Positions 39,161 to 48,632 of a stretch of 64,000 nucleotides of DNA are shown in pieces. Location of the stretch: IMG/VR virus record IMGVR_UViG_3300045988_105524; one strand, 5' to 3'. The notes under the pieces are model-generated. The model did not search any database. It was given only the letters and a program-made list of their open reading frames with translations, and had not been told where the DNA came from. Both the position numbers and the translations under genes were made by a program. The stretch comes from a virus. Every line of letters begins with the position of its first letter. Position 1 is the first letter of the stretch.

Positions 39161-40027
39161 TTAAAAGCAATATCTCTTTTTAAATCTTTCAAACTCTTTT
39201 TCTACTTTATCTTTCTCACGCTTTACATCTTCTATAATGTACGGTCTATATCCGCAGTTAATTATTTCTCTTAGCTTTATTCTATCTCTATTCTGAACTT
39301 GCTTTAGTTTCTGTGTTTTAGATATTTCAATGTAATGCCAAGGGCCATTCCATAAAATCGCTACTTTTAAATCAGGAATTATTATGTCTGCATCCCAGCC
39401 ATTGAACATACTCACATTGTGTAAAACATTCTCTTTTCCAAAATACTGCTCGCATAATTGACAAAAAGCTATCTCATTCTTACTTCTTAAATTCTGTAAT
39501 GCTACAAGCTTTTTACCTAATTCACTTCTAAGAGTATGTAAACATTCATCTGAGCAAGTTTTTCTAAAGCGCATATTATAAGATAAAGCTTTACCGCACT
39601 GAGTACATCTATTAGTGTTACGTTCATAAGAAATAATATTCTTAGAAATATCGCGTTTATACACTCTATTCAAACCACTTTTACCTATCTTAGCTTTAGT
39701 CTCTTCAGAATGTTGACGAGTATTAGCACAACTACGCGAACAAAATCTTCCTGAACCGTAGAAAACTGTCATAACTCTACCGCACTTTTCACACCGATGC
39801 TTCTCATCAATCCATTTCTGCGCAAGTGTCTTACGTTTTTCTTTTGCTTTTTCTGATTGACGTTTTCTACTTATCGACGCGCCACTAGAAAAAGCAGATT
39901 TTACTTTATTATAAACATCTAGATTACCATACTTATCTAACTGATATGTTTTACAATGCGATTTATGACCGTTGAATTGTTGCGCGTTCATAAATTCTCT
40001 GCCACATACGCATTTATACATTTCCAT
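39161..40027 (-). CDS. putative homing endonuclease: Zn-ribbons plus PD-(D/E)xK-like C-terminal domain
   Basis: ..CEKCGRVMTVFYGSGRFCSRSCANTRQHSEETKAKIG.. homologous to the region upstream of 54465..55202; C-terminal ..WDADIIIPDLKVAILWNG.. Confidence 0.5.
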   Translation of the reverse strand: MEMYKCVCGREFMNAQQFNGHKSHCKTYQLDKYGNLDVYNKVKSAFSSGASISRKRQSEKAKEKRKTLAQKWIDEKHRCEKCGRVMTVFYGSGRFCSRSCANTRQHSEETKAKIGKSGLNRVYKRDISKNIISYERNTNRCTQCGKALSYNMRFRKTCSDECLHTLRSELGKKLVALQNLRSKNEIAFCQLCEQYFGKENVLHNVSMFNGWDADIIIPDLKVAILWNGPWHYIEISKTQKLKQVQNRDRIKLREIINCGYRPYIIEDVKREKDKVEKEFERFKKRYCF

Positions 40028-40083
40028 TAAACTAAATCTCCTTTAATAAAAAAAATAGTAGCCGTAAGCACGACTACTACTCT

Positions 40084-40159
40084 TGGTGCACCATCTTTGA
40101 TTTGAACAAAGGACCTTGCGGTTATGAGCCGCCTGCTCTAACCTACTGAGCTAATGGTA
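40084..40159 (-). tRNA. tRNA-Met (anticodon CAT)
   Basis: Hand-folded cloverleaf; AC loop CTCATAA; CCA encoded. Confidence 0.65.
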
Positions 40160-40163
40160 CAAA

Positions 40164-40251
40164 TGGCGGGAAGAGTGAGACTCGAACTCACGCGACTATT
40201 ACATCCTAGCAGTGTAGCAAACTGCCCTCTTCACCAACTTGAGTATCTTCC
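40164..40251 (-). tRNA. tRNA-Ser (GCT), long variable arm
   Basis: AC loop TTGCTAC; 88 nt; T-arm GTGAG-TTCGAGT-CTCAC. Confidence 0.65.
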
Positions 40252-40256
40252 CGTAT

Positions 40257-40333
40257 CTGGCGCGTCACGAAGGACTTGAACCCTCATCCTACTAATTCGT
40301 AGTTAGGCACTCTATCCAATTGAGCTAGTGACG
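40257..40333 (-). tRNA. tRNA-Arg (ACG)
   Basis: AC loop CTACGAA identical to E. coli tRNA-Arg(ACG) loop. Confidence 0.65.
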
Positions 40334-40342
40334 CAAAAAGTA

Positions 40343-40418
40343 TTGGATGCAGAGGCCGGATTCGAACCGGCGATTTTCAGGTTATGAGCCTAACGAGATG
40401 ACCTCTTCTCTACTCTGC
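40343..40418 (-). tRNA. tRNA with CAT anticodon (Met or Ile2)
   Basis: AC loop CTCATAA; perfect acceptor TGCAGAG/CTCTGCA. Confidence 0.6.
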
Positions 40419-40426
40419 AATGTATC

Positions 40427-40509
40427 TGGCAGCGGGGGTGGGACTTGAACCCACAAGCACTAGGCGCAGGAGTCAAATTCCTGTATGTCTGCCAATTTCA
40501 TCACCCCGC
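40427..40509 (-). tRNA. atypical tRNA: type-II body (12-nt variable arm, Leu-like D-loop) carrying anticodon TTG
   Basis: Acceptor AGCGGGG/CCCCGCT, D-loop AAATTGGCAGA, AC stem CAGGA/TCCTG loop ATTTGAC, G73. Confidence 0.5.
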
Positions 40510-40512
40510 TAA

Positions 40513-40589
40513 GTGGTGAGTCCACAAGGAGTCGAACCTTGGACAAGTAATTTAGAAGGTTATTGCTCTATCCAGCTGAGCTATGAGCC
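40513..40589 (-). pseudogene. degenerate tRNA-like sequence (TCT-type loop, mismatched acceptor and anticodon stems)
   Basis: Good D- and T-arms but acceptor AGGCTCA vs TGGACTC and AC stem do not pair. Confidence 0.4.
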
Positions 40590-40592
40590 TGT

Positions 40593-40670
40593 ATGGAGCA
40601 GAAGACGAGAATTGAACTCGCAGCCTTTACCTTGGCAAGGTAACGTTCTAACCAATATGAACTACTTCTG
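40593..40670 (-). tRNA. tRNA-Gly (GCC)
   Basis: AC stem TTACC/GGTAA loop TTGCCAA; CCA encoded. Confidence 0.7.
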
Positions 40671-40711
40671 CAAATGAAAAGAGAATAGGTAAATTCTCTT
40701 TAATAAATAAT

Positions 40712-40742
40712 ATTATATCACAAAATGTTTAATATGTAAACA
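40712..40742 (-). promoter_or_regulatory. sigma70-like promoter TTTACA-N17-TATAAT driving tRNA cluster A
   Basis: Perfect consensus on minus strand upstream of tRNA-Gly. Confidence 0.6.
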
Positions 40743-40892
40743 TTACTCATAATATTTCTTCAAGCCTTTGTAGTTTTTCTTTATATTGTCTAGTAGCTTT
40801 ATCTTCAATAGCTGCGATATGTTCTTGCGTAGTTAGTGTTAAAATGTTTCCAAAGATTACGCAAACGCAGAGTAACGATGTGATTACAATAT

Positions 40893-40924
40893 GCAGATAT
40901 AATAAACTGTTTTCAGTAGCATGT
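40893..40924 (-). promoter_or_regulatory. promoter-like TTTACA-N17-TATTAT following tRNA-Thr terminator-like hairpin
   Basis: TGCAACTTATGTTGCA hairpin + T10 then near-consensus promoter. Confidence 0.4.
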
Positions 40925-40964
40925 AAACTAAAATAAAAAAAAAATGCAACATAAGTTGCATAAA

Positions 40965-41040
40965 CTGGAGCTGATAGAGGGAATCGAACCCCCAACCTAT
41001 TGACTACAAAACAATTGCTCTGCCAGTTGAGCTATATCAG
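40965..41040 (-). tRNA. tRNA-Thr (TGT)
   Basis: Perfect acceptor GCTGATA/TATCAGC; AC loop TTTGTAG (T31-T39 mismatch). Confidence 0.55.
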
Positions 41041-41087
41041 CATAGAATCGGCTACTCAGAGCTCTAAGTAGCCATAAAGAGAATCTG

Positions 41088-41165
41088 TGCACCCGCTGAA
41101 GACGGGACTTGAACCCGCAATCTTCTGCTATTGCAGACGTTTAACCAATTAAACTGTAATCAGCG
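41088..41165 (-). pseudogene. aberrant tRNA-like element (intact T-arm and acceptor, 4-nt or 8-nt anticodon loop)
   Basis: T-arm GCGGG-TTCAAGT-CCCGT present but the anticodon region folds as TCTGC-AATA-GCAGA. Confidence 0.35.
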
Positions 41166-41176
41166 AAATTCTCTTA

Positions 41177-41253
41177 TTGGTAGGCTATTTAAGATTCGAA
41201 CTTAAGACCTTTCGCGTATCAGACGAATGCTCTAACCACCTGAGCTAATAGCC
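41177..41253 (-). tRNA. tRNA-Ile (GAT)
   Basis: Perfect acceptor AGGCTAT/ATAGCCT; AC loop CTGATAC; CCA encoded. Confidence 0.7.
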
Positions 41254-41259
41254 TATATT

Positions 41260-41336
41260 TTGGTCACAGTGGCAGGATTCAAACCTGCGGCTGCACGAAC
41301 CCAAATCGCGCGCTCTATCAAACTGAGCTACACTGT
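41260..41336 (-). tRNA. tRNA-Pro (TGG)
   Basis: Acceptor CACAGTG/CACTGTG; AC loop TTTGGGT. Confidence 0.65.
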
Positions 41337-41455
41337 GATAAGTTAGCGCTTAGAGGTTTCTGCCTGTCCTCAGTACAGCGAAGTTGATTAAGCTAGCTGA
41401 CTTCCTGTCGATTAAGCGCTGGGAATTCATCGAATTAATCACTTTCGATAAATTT
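41337..41455 (-). other. structured ~115-nt leader between promoter and tRNA cluster B (inverted repeats around AGCGCT cores)
   Basis: TTAGCGCTTAG ... GATTAAGCGCTGG inverted repeat; no ORF. Confidence 0.3.
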
Positions 41456-41461
41456 AAATAA

Positions 41462-41492
41462 ATTATAACATATTACAACCTAATTGTAAACA
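41462..41492 (-). promoter_or_regulatory. sigma70-like promoter TTTACA-N17-TATAAT driving tRNA cluster B
   Basis: Perfect consensus. Confidence 0.6.
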
Positions 41493-41497
41493 TCTTT

Positions 41498-42034
41498 TTA
41501 CAACAAATTAATATCTGAATTTGTAGTAAGAATAGCATCTACTAGCTGTTTATCTCCAAGTAGTCTTTTCATGCATAAAATGCCAGATTTATGAGATTCT
41601 TCTCCACCATTAGAGTAACAGTACTCTGTAAGTACAACAGGTCTAATATTACTCTCAAACAAATCAGTCGCTATCTTTAGCACACAACAGTCTGTATCAA
41701 CTCCAGCAATAAAAATCTTTGTTGGGTATAAACCGTCATTTAACTGACAAAGTCTCTGAATAAAGTTTGGTGAAATGCAAGTATAAAGACTCTTAGGAAA
41801 AACTTCAGTTATATATGGCTGTAGTTCAGATCTAATCGCAATCTCGTCGTTACTTTTTAACTGACACCAACGCATTAGATTTTCGTAAACGCTATTGTCA
41901 TAGTTTATATATTGAGTTGCTATAACTTCATCAAATAAACAAAGTATGCTCTCAATCTTTTTTGTTAAATCATTTGTTCGTTGATGCTCAGTAAAACCAT
42001 TCTGCATATCAACAAGAATTAAAATATTTTTCAT
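41498..42034 (-). CDS. isochorismatase-family cysteine hydrolase (nicotinamidase/PncA-like)
   Basis: ..ILILVDMQNGF.. and ..IAGVDTDCCV.. motifs (Asp-Lys-Cys triad context). Confidence 0.65.
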   Translation of the reverse strand: MKNILILVDMQNGFTEHQRTNDLTKKIESILCLFDEVIATQYINYDNSVYENLMRWCQLKSNDEIAIRSELQPYITEVFPKSLYTCISPNFIQRLCQLNDGLYPTKIFIAGVDTDCCVLKIATDLFESNIRPVVLTEYCYSNGGEESHKSGILCMKRLLGDKQLVDAILTTNSDINLL

Positions 42035-42046
42035 TTATAGTACCTT

Positions 42047-42838
42047 TTAAGCATTCTTTTTCAAAAGAGAAATAATTTCTTCATAAATCTTGACTGTCTC
42101 TTCTGCACGCTCAACTATTTCTTCGTCTATGCCATCATTAATAGGAGGTAATTCTTGTATAGCATTACCATAATATATAATATTTAATACCTTAAATTTA
42201 ACGTCTAACGCTGTCTTATCGAATTTATACTCAGCTTTAAAATCTAGACGCACAAACTTTGAAAGCTCAATAGTAATCTTTTTAGTGTGATTAAAGTCTA
42301 TACGCAATGCTGTATCTCTAAATGGCTCGACTGCAGTATTTTTAAGCAGTTCTTCTTTTAAATGATTACGTGCTGCAACTACAATACTAGAATTATTTGC
42401 TACCTCTCTCGCTTTGCTATATCTATAAAGCAGCAAATCTCCATAAGCTTGACGTAGTCTCTTTTCAAGAATATTTTCGCCCTTATTGTTTACTCTATCT
42501 TTAGGTGGCATACAACTTACTCTTGATGTAATACATTTGAATGTGACTCTATAAAGTGAGTTGTCTGAAATAAAATGAGCTGTATTGTCAACTTGTCTGT
42601 AGTGTACATGCGTGTATATTGTCGAAGCACGATTCATAACATTCATTATGTTTGCAATATTTTCTATATTACGCTCTTTCAAAAATTTCTTTAATTCTTT
42701 CATCAAGATATTTCTATTTTCAGCGTAAAAAGATATTGCAAAAATTGGAGTTTCACTATAATCTTGAGTAACACATTCAAACATTTCAATCTTAACGTCA
42801 AACTGCTTAAATCTTTTCTTCTTGTAATTGAATTCCAT
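42047..42838 (-). CDS. hypothetical protein, 'GENIxEKR' paralog family
   Basis: ..NNKGENILEKRLRQ..; track ORF trimmed at 5' end because its N-terminus overlaps tRNA-Trp; GAAAGGAAG RBS before the trimmed start. Confidence 0.5.
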   Translation of the reverse strand: MEFNYKKKRFKQFDVKIEMFECVTQDYSETPIFAISFYAENRNILMKELKKFLKERNIENIANIMNVMNRASTIYTHVHYRQVDNTAHFISDNSLYRVTFKCITSRVSCMPPKDRVNNKGENILEKRLRQAYGDLLLYRYSKAREVANNSSIVVAARNHLKEELLKNTAVEPFRDTALRIDFNHTKKITIELSKFVRLDFKAEYKFDKTALDVKFKVLNIIYYGNAIQELPPINDGIDEEIVERAEETVKIYEEIISLLKKNA

Positions 42839-42856
42839 TTTACTTCCTTTCAAAAT

Positions 42857-42933
42857 TGGCAGGAGTAGTAGGACTCGAACCCACATCGTACGGTTTTGGA
42901 GACCGACATCATAAGCCATTAGAACATACCCCT
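42857..42933 (-). tRNA. tRNA-Trp (CCA)
   Basis: Acceptor AGGGGTA/TACTCCT; AC loop CTCCAAA; CCA encoded. Confidence 0.55.
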
Positions 42934-42936
42934 ATA

Positions 42937-43012
42937 TGGAGACGGCACTCAGAATCGAACTGAGATAAGCAGATTTGCAGTCTGCCGTCTTGAGCCACTG
43001 GACTATGCCGCC
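42937..43012 (-). tRNA. tRNA-Cys (GCA)
   Basis: AC stem GCAGA/TCTGC loop CTGCAAA; T-arm CTCAG-TTCGATT-CTGAG. Confidence 0.65.
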
Positions 43013-43330
43013 TTATTGTAATAAAATTGAGTCTAAAGATGTATGAAAAATCTTTCTATCTTTATCTATGAAAATGCTCAATGTACTACTAGATATATCG
43101 TCTCTAATCTGACATAGAATATTTTCTTCATCAACTGCATAATACTTTACAGAGTAAGCGTAGCAAGAACATTCAACAAGACGTTCAGATAGAGTATCAC
43201 CAATGTTTAATTCATCTAGTTTAACTCTATCAAGAATATCGATAAAACATTCAAACGCATAAATGTCAAAGGCTTTAGTAAATGCTACGTCTTGCATAAA
43301 CTTATAGAAGAATTTGATGTCGTTATTCAT
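43013..43330 (-). CDS. hypothetical protein (105 aa)
   Basis: ORF track. Confidence 0.4.
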   Translation of the reverse strand: MNNDIKFFYKFMQDVAFTKAFDIYAFECFIDILDRVKLDELNIGDTLSERLVECSCYAYSVKYYAVDEENILCQIRDDISSSTLSIFIDKDRKIFHTSLDSILLQ

Positions 43331-43342
43331 TTGCTTATCTTC

Positions 43343-43858
43343 TTAATATCTTAAATCAATAAAATCAATATCTATTAACTTTTTCGTGTCTTTTTCTGTA
43401 TAAAGTGCTAATTGTGCATTTTTCGTGTCGATTACGTAATTAATTCTGTCTATTCCTTTAATACAGCGTATATTAAAGTTGTCGTTTGAGCAAACTTCAA
43501 TACCACCAAAAGTACTACCAATTCGCATAAAGCCAAATAATTCAGCTTCATGCATCGCACTGAATAACTCAATCAATGCTTTTATATCACATCCCCACTG
43601 AGCTGTTATAAACTTCTGTATGTCTGCATTACGTGCTTTTATTCTTTTGAATAACTGAAACTCAACATCATTATACAGCTTATCGCGAAAACGTACTGCG
43701 TTTACAGCATCTAGCTCAAGTCTAGTTCTTTCTCTTAGCAAGTCTGCATACTCAGTTTCAAACGCGTCAAGACTTGATATAGCGTTTTGTGCTCTATCAT
43801 CTGCTCTTTCGCAATCCGCTTTACAATTTATTAGTAAATCTTTTATTTCATCTGTCAT
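43343..43858 (-). CDS. hypothetical protein (171 aa)
   Basis: ORF track. Confidence 0.45.
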   Translation of the reverse strand: MTDEIKDLLINCKADCERADDRAQNAISSLDAFETEYADLLRERTRLELDAVNAVRFRDKLYNDVEFQLFKRIKARNADIQKFITAQWGCDIKALIELFSAMHEAELFGFMRIGSTFGGIEVCSNDNFNIRCIKGIDRINYVIDTKNAQLALYTEKDTKKLIDIDFIDLRY

Positions 43859-43871
43859 ACTTTACCTCACC

Positions 43872-45065
43872 TTAATTAGCTTTAAAATTATAAATTGGCT
43901 TAATTATACGCTCAATATCTACTGTATCAGCGATTGCAGCCTTAATCTCATCAAGAGGCTTATATGCCATAGGAGATTCATCAAGAGTGCTTCTACCTAC
44001 ACAAGTTGTATATATGCCTTTCATTGATTCTTCAAACTCTTCTACAGTTAGAGTAGCTTTTGCAGCACTTCTAGAAAGAACTCTACCTGCACCGTGAGGA
44101 GCAGAACAGTTCCAATCAGCGTTACCTTTACCGATACCAATAATTGAACCATCTTTCATAGAGATAGGAATGATTACTCTCTCACCCTTTTGAGCAGAGA
44201 TTGCACCTTTACGAATAATCTTATTTTCTACGTCAATGTAATTATGAATAGAGCAGAAATGCTCTAGTATATCCCAATTCATATATGAGATAATCTCATC
44301 AGCCATAGCTTGTCTTGATAAAGAAGCGTACTCAGTAGCTATCTTCATATCGTGTAGATAATCTTCTAAGTCTGTACCCATAACACATCTTAAATCTTTA
44401 GGTATTGTTGGGTATTCTTCTTTTATTCTCTTTATTTCGTCTTGTATTTCATTGTATTTACTAGCTTTTTTCAAATCTTCAATAACTGTATTTATATCTA
44501 CATTATTTTCATTCTTTTCAGCAATGTCTTGATAGTGCTTACAAATCTCTATGCCTAGATGTCTTGAACCTGAGTGTATGACTAAGTAGTTATACCCTTC
44601 TTCATCAATATTTATTTCTATAAAATGATTACCGCCGCCTAAAGAACCTAGAGATAACATAGCGCCATTATAGTCAATAGTATCAAAACACTTTAACTCT
44701 TTTAGTCTTGCGTCATTTGCAAATCTGTGAGCTGTATTTCTCTTACTGAAACCATAAGGAACTTTAGTATTTGATTGTAGCATTTCGTCTAGCTTAGCGA
44801 AATCTATTTTGTCTGTCTTAAACTTATAAACCTCTACACCGCAACCAATATCAACACCTACAAGATTAGGACAAGCTCTGTCAGTAATATGCATAGTAGT
44901 ACCCACAGTACAACCTTTACCTGCGTGAACATCGGGCATAAAGCGAGCATTACTATCTTTAGCAAAAGGCTGATTTAGAAGATTAACTATCTGTGTCTGC
45001 GCTTCTACTTCGCAGTTGTCTGTAAATATTTTTGCTGTACCATACTTTCCGTTTAATTCGAGCAT
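43872..45065 (-). CDS. rtcB: RtcB-family RNA 3'-phosphate ligase
   Basis: ..DVHAGKGC.., ..GGGNHFIE.., ..APHGAGR.. conserved RtcB metal-binding/GMP-histidine motifs; 397 aa. Confidence 0.8.
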   Translation of the reverse strand: MLELNGKYGTAKIFTDNCEVEAQTQIVNLLNQPFAKDSNARFMPDVHAGKGCTVGTTMHITDRACPNLVGVDIGCGVEVYKFKTDKIDFAKLDEMLQSNTKVPYGFSKRNTAHRFANDARLKELKCFDTIDYNGAMLSLGSLGGGNHFIEINIDEEGYNYLVIHSGSRHLGIEICKHYQDIAEKNENNVDINTVIEDLKKASKYNEIQDEIKRIKEEYPTIPKDLRCVMGTDLEDYLHDMKIATEYASLSRQAMADEIISYMNWDILEHFCSIHNYIDVENKIIRKGAISAQKGERVIIPISMKDGSIIGIGKGNADWNCSAPHGAGRVLSRSAAKATLTVEEFEESMKGIYTTCVGRSTLDESPMAYKPLDEIKAAIADTVDIERIIKPIYNFKAN

Positions 45066-45098
45066 AAATGAACTTCTCCTTAAGTAGTTGATATATTT

Positions 45099-45129
45099 AT
45101 TATATCACTTATTCAGAATGATGTAAACA
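45099..45129 (-). promoter_or_regulatory. sigma70-like promoter TTTACA-N17-TATAAT for rtcB
   Basis: Consensus, AAGGAG RBS downstream. Confidence 0.6.
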
Positions 45130-45158
45130 TAAAAAAAAATCAAGCGTAATGCTTGATT

Positions 45159-45743
45159 TTAATCTTCATTGTATATCTTTTTAAATTGCTTTAGTAACTC
45201 TTTATCTTTAATAAGAGTTTGATTATGTTTCTCTTCATTCTCTTTATGTATTTCAGCGCTTCGTTCGTCTATTTGATGAATGAACTTATCAATTTCTTTT
45301 TCTACTATTTCATTTAAAAATTCTTGTTTAGCTTCGTCAGTGTCAAAATACTTTGACATTTTAAATAGCTTACGCAAGCGTTTTAATTCCTCTCTTGCAA
45401 CTTTATTATTGCATCTATCAAGATTAACAAAATCATTAACTAATTCTTTTAAATCAATATCAAAATATGCTTTAATTTTTTGGCATAGTTTGCAATCTTT
45501 CTTAAATCTATATGTGTATATATGGAAAACAACAAACGATAACACATACACTGAGATTATAATAAATTGGATATATTTCAGTAGTAGTCCATCTTTGTCG
45601 CTTAAATCGTTGTATATACCAAAACTCAAAGTAATGCTTAGTATAATTGCTACTTTAATCAAGAATACTGAAAATGCATACATTAAATAATCGTCAGTAT
45701 CAGATATATCAACACAGCTTTGTACGATTGCATATTGCACCAA
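45159..45743 (-). CDS. membrane protein (194 aa, 2-3 TM helices, charged C-terminal tail)
   Basis: ORF track; hydrophobic N-terminal half. Confidence 0.45.
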   Translation of the reverse strand: MVQYAIVQSCVDISDTDDYLMYAFSVFLIKVAIILSITLSFGIYNDLSDKDGLLLKYIQFIIISVYVLSFVVFHIYTYRFKKDCKLCQKIKAYFDIDLKELVNDFVNLDRCNNKVAREELKRLRKLFKMSKYFDTDEAKQEFLNEIVEKEIDKFIHQIDERSAEIHKENEEKHNQTLIKDKELLKQFKKIYNED

Positions 45744-45787
45744 ATACAGTAAAATTATTAAAACACTAATGGCGATGTTACCAACTA

Positions 45788-46660
45788 TTACACTGCACGT
45801 TGCTTCAACTCCTTTGCTACTCTCAGTACTTCTCTAAGTACTTTGCCGTTTCTTTCAGCTATAGCTATTTCCTCTTTAGTAGGTGTAAAATTATTATAGA
45901 TTGCTTCTTCAACACATCTATGAACATAAAGACCAGCATTCGCCGGTTTATACTCTTCTGCTGCATGTAGAATCTTTTCTATTTCTTTGCCCATACTTCT
46001 TGCGTATACTACTTCTTTACCAAATTTAATGTGACTAAATGTTACTTCAACACAATTATTTTCAGTATCAAATAATTCATCGAAGTTAAAGTAAATTTCA
46101 ATATCATCATTTAACTTAATACATTGCTCACTGTATGGGACATCTATTACAAATACATTGTTATACATATAAAAGCTTACTTCTTTACGAAGTAACTCTT
46201 CAAGCTGAGGTTGAATTAGTTCTATAAGACGACGTTCATATTGTCTATGGAATAAGTTTCTAAAGAATCTATAAAGCGTAGCTTGTGTCTGCTTACGTCT
46301 CTTTTCGTAGATATTCTCACCTTTTTCATTCACGCTAAACTCATATGCTTCTTTTTTAAGTCTAGTGCATATCTGCTGGATATTTATAATAAACATCATA
46401 TCTTCAAAAAAATGTATGATGCTCTCATATTTTTCATCATTTACGTCGTTGAGAGCTTGCGTAACCTCGCGCATTATCTCTGGTAATACAGGTCTTGTTA
46501 CACCTTTTGCCTTAAGAGCTTGCTTTAGGCTCTTCATTGCAGTATTTCTATTCTTGTATTTAACAATATTTTCAATGCTACGTTCATTAGTTGATATTCT
46601 GACAGTCTGCAAATCAATCGTGTAGTCTTTTACTCTCTTCTTCCAGTAACCTTTACGCAT
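45788..46660 (-). CDS. hypothetical protein, 'GENIxEKR' paralog family
   Basis: ..NEKGENIYEKRRKQ.. Confidence 0.5.
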   Translation of the reverse strand: MRKGYWKKRVKDYTIDLQTVRISTNERSIENIVKYKNRNTAMKSLKQALKAKGVTRPVLPEIMREVTQALNDVNDEKYESIIHFFEDMMFIINIQQICTRLKKEAYEFSVNEKGENIYEKRRKQTQATLYRFFRNLFHRQYERRLIELIQPQLEELLRKEVSFYMYNNVFVIDVPYSEQCIKLNDDIEIYFNFDELFDTENNCVEVTFSHIKFGKEVVYARSMGKEIEKILHAAEEYKPANAGLYVHRCVEEAIYNNFTPTKEEIAIAERNGKVLREVLRVAKELKQRAV

Positions 46661-47360
46661 TATTTACACTCTCCTTTTCTACTGCGATTCTAACTCTCTT
46701 ACTTATATCTTCTAAGTCGCGCATTAGTTTTGAAAGCTCTTTGAAGCTCTTTTTGTAGCAAGTGCATCTAAAATCGTTGTCGTTTTCTGTATCAACAACT
46801 TTTTCTAAGAATGTGTCAATATCGCCGTTTTTCGACATTACATTAAACATAAAGCTAATTCCTGCTTTTTCAACAAAGACATAAGAAGGTGTAACAATTC
46901 TATTCTGCCCATTAATTCTAATGCCTGATACAATTTTATAAATTATATCTTTTCTCAATAGCTCTGTAATAATTGTTGAGTAAAAGTCTACTTCATTACG
47001 TAGTCTTGTTAATGAATTTTTCTGTGCAAGAACTTGACTCTTTCTCTTCTCTTCAACATCTTCACCTTGCTCGTTAAACTGCGGCTTTTCAACCGATGTT
47101 ACACTGTAACCTGAGATGAATATATAGTAACTATTTTCATCGTGATACTCAGGTACTACAAATGACTTAGCTTTACTGCTGCAGTTAGCAGTAAGTGCTT
47201 TCATAACGTATGTTCTATTACATTTTGAATAACGCAAAAACTGCTTTACGCTCTTGATTACATCATTTTTATTGCCTGTTTCATAAAAATCAGTACTTGG
47301 CGCACAACACTCACCACAGCCCATTATCTCTACGTAAAATTCTCTTTTCAATACGTTCAT
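46653..47360 (-). CDS. hypothetical protein, 'GENIxEKR' paralog family
   Basis: ..NEQGEDVEEKRKSQ..; start trimmed to MNVLKRE.. with AAGGAGA RBS. Confidence 0.5.
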   Translation of the reverse strand: MNVLKREFYVEIMGCGECCAPSTDFYETGNKNDVIKSVKQFLRYSKCNRTYVMKALTANCSSKAKSFVVPEYHDENSYYIFISGYSVTSVEKPQFNEQGEDVEEKRKSQVLAQKNSLTRLRNEVDFYSTIITELLRKDIIYKIVSGIRINGQNRIVTPSYVFVEKAGISFMFNVMSKNGDIDTFLEKVVDTENDNDFRCTCYKKSFKELSKLMRDLEDISKRVRIAVEKESVNNA

Positions 47361-47434
47361 AATATTTATCTCCTTTGTATAGTTAATAATAACATATGCA
47401 AGAGTAAATGTAAACAAAAAAAAAGATGTAATTG

Positions 47435-47567
47435 CTTACATCTTTAAAGTATTTTTGTATAAAAGATATAAAGGGGCTACAATGAGTAAAAGTATTAAGC
47501 AAAACTTAAAGACGAATATGATTATAAGTATAACTAACAACAAAGCTGATGTAGCTATGAGTTCCAT
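47435..47567 (-). CDS. small hydrophobic peptide (43 aa)
   Basis: GGAGAT RBS; MELIATSALLLVILIIIFVFKFCLILLLIVAPLYLLYKNTLKM; between a promoter/terminator pair. Confidence 0.3.
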
Positions 47568-47577
47568 ATTTATCTCC

Positions 47578-48525
47578 TTAATATCTTAGACTGCGACGTA
47601 CTAACAAACCAATAGTAGCTGCATTATATATCTTTAAATTATCTTTTATTATAGCAATTAATTCTTCTGGAGGTTCGTAGTCATTTTCCAATGCGCATTC
47701 TACACAAAGGTCAATAATTTCTGCAATATTACAATCTTCATATTTACTGTCTATCTTTTCTACGACATCAGCGATAGCTTCTAATAACTCACGCTCATCG
47801 CTAAAGAAAATATTATCTCTGTTATTTATTAAGTCATACACATCTTCATTCACTACAGAGATAAAACGGAAGTAATCAGCAAAATCATTATCAATTTTCT
47901 TACCTTTATATGTAATGCTATCAACTTCAACGATGTACTTGCCAATAGCAATTGTCTTTTTTAAATTAACTTTCACATTTACATCTTCATTTATGTTAAA
48001 TACTCTGTTGTCGAAATCGAATGTACCTTCATTTATTGCAAGATGAATCTCTTCGTCTAAAAGCTGAGCAAGTACGTCATAGTCAACTTCAAACAAGTCA
48101 TTGAAAAAGTCTTTCAGTATAACTTTCAACTGCTGCTTTCTGCGCTTATCATAAATATACTCGCCTCTTTCATTACGTCGCTTATCTAGTGATGTTTCTT
48201 TTTTAAGTCTCTTGCATGTCTGCTCTACGTCTACAACGTATGTGCAACCAGTTTCTGGACAGAAAATATTGACAAATTCATAAATTCTGTCTTTCTTGTT
48301 ATTATCTAAGATATAAGCAACTTTACTCATAATCTTGTTATACAACTCTCCTGTAACTTCTTTTTGCTTAAGTGTTTTCTTAAGACTCTGCATAGCAATA
48401 TTCTTGTTACAGTTAGTAGCTACTTCTTCAAACCAGACATCTTCGACTGGCGCAAACATATTAAACATACGAGCTTTTATTGTGCAGTTTTTTACTTGTT
48501 TCTTTCTATACTTTTTATCTAACAT
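47578..48525 (-). CDS. hypothetical protein, 'GENIxEKR' paralog family
   Basis: ..NERGEYIYDKRRKQ.. Confidence 0.5.
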   Translation of the reverse strand: MLDKKYRKKQVKNCTIKARMFNMFAPVEDVWFEEVATNCNKNIAMQSLKKTLKQKEVTGELYNKIMSKVAYILDNNKKDRIYEFVNIFCPETGCTYVVDVEQTCKRLKKETSLDKRRNERGEYIYDKRRKQQLKVILKDFFNDLFEVDYDVLAQLLDEEIHLAINEGTFDFDNRVFNINEDVNVKVNLKKTIAIGKYIVEVDSITYKGKKIDNDFADYFRFISVVNEDVYDLINNRDNIFFSDERELLEAIADVVEKIDSKYEDCNIAEIIDLCVECALENDYEPPEELIAIIKDNLKIYNAATIGLLVRRSLRY

Positions 48526-48632
48526 AATTACCTCTGTTTTACGCTTGATTTAATTTATATAAGTATAGTATCATAAAATTACGTATGTGTAAACATAAAA
48601 AAAAACGTAAAATAAATTTACGTCAAACTATC

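Noticed and set aside
40747-40995. Track ORF 40747..40995 (82 aa)
   Set aside because: Its N-terminus lies inside tRNA-Thr. Downstream of the intervening promoter there is no in-frame ATG, GTG or TTG, so at most a non-canonical start could be used. It is left unannotated.
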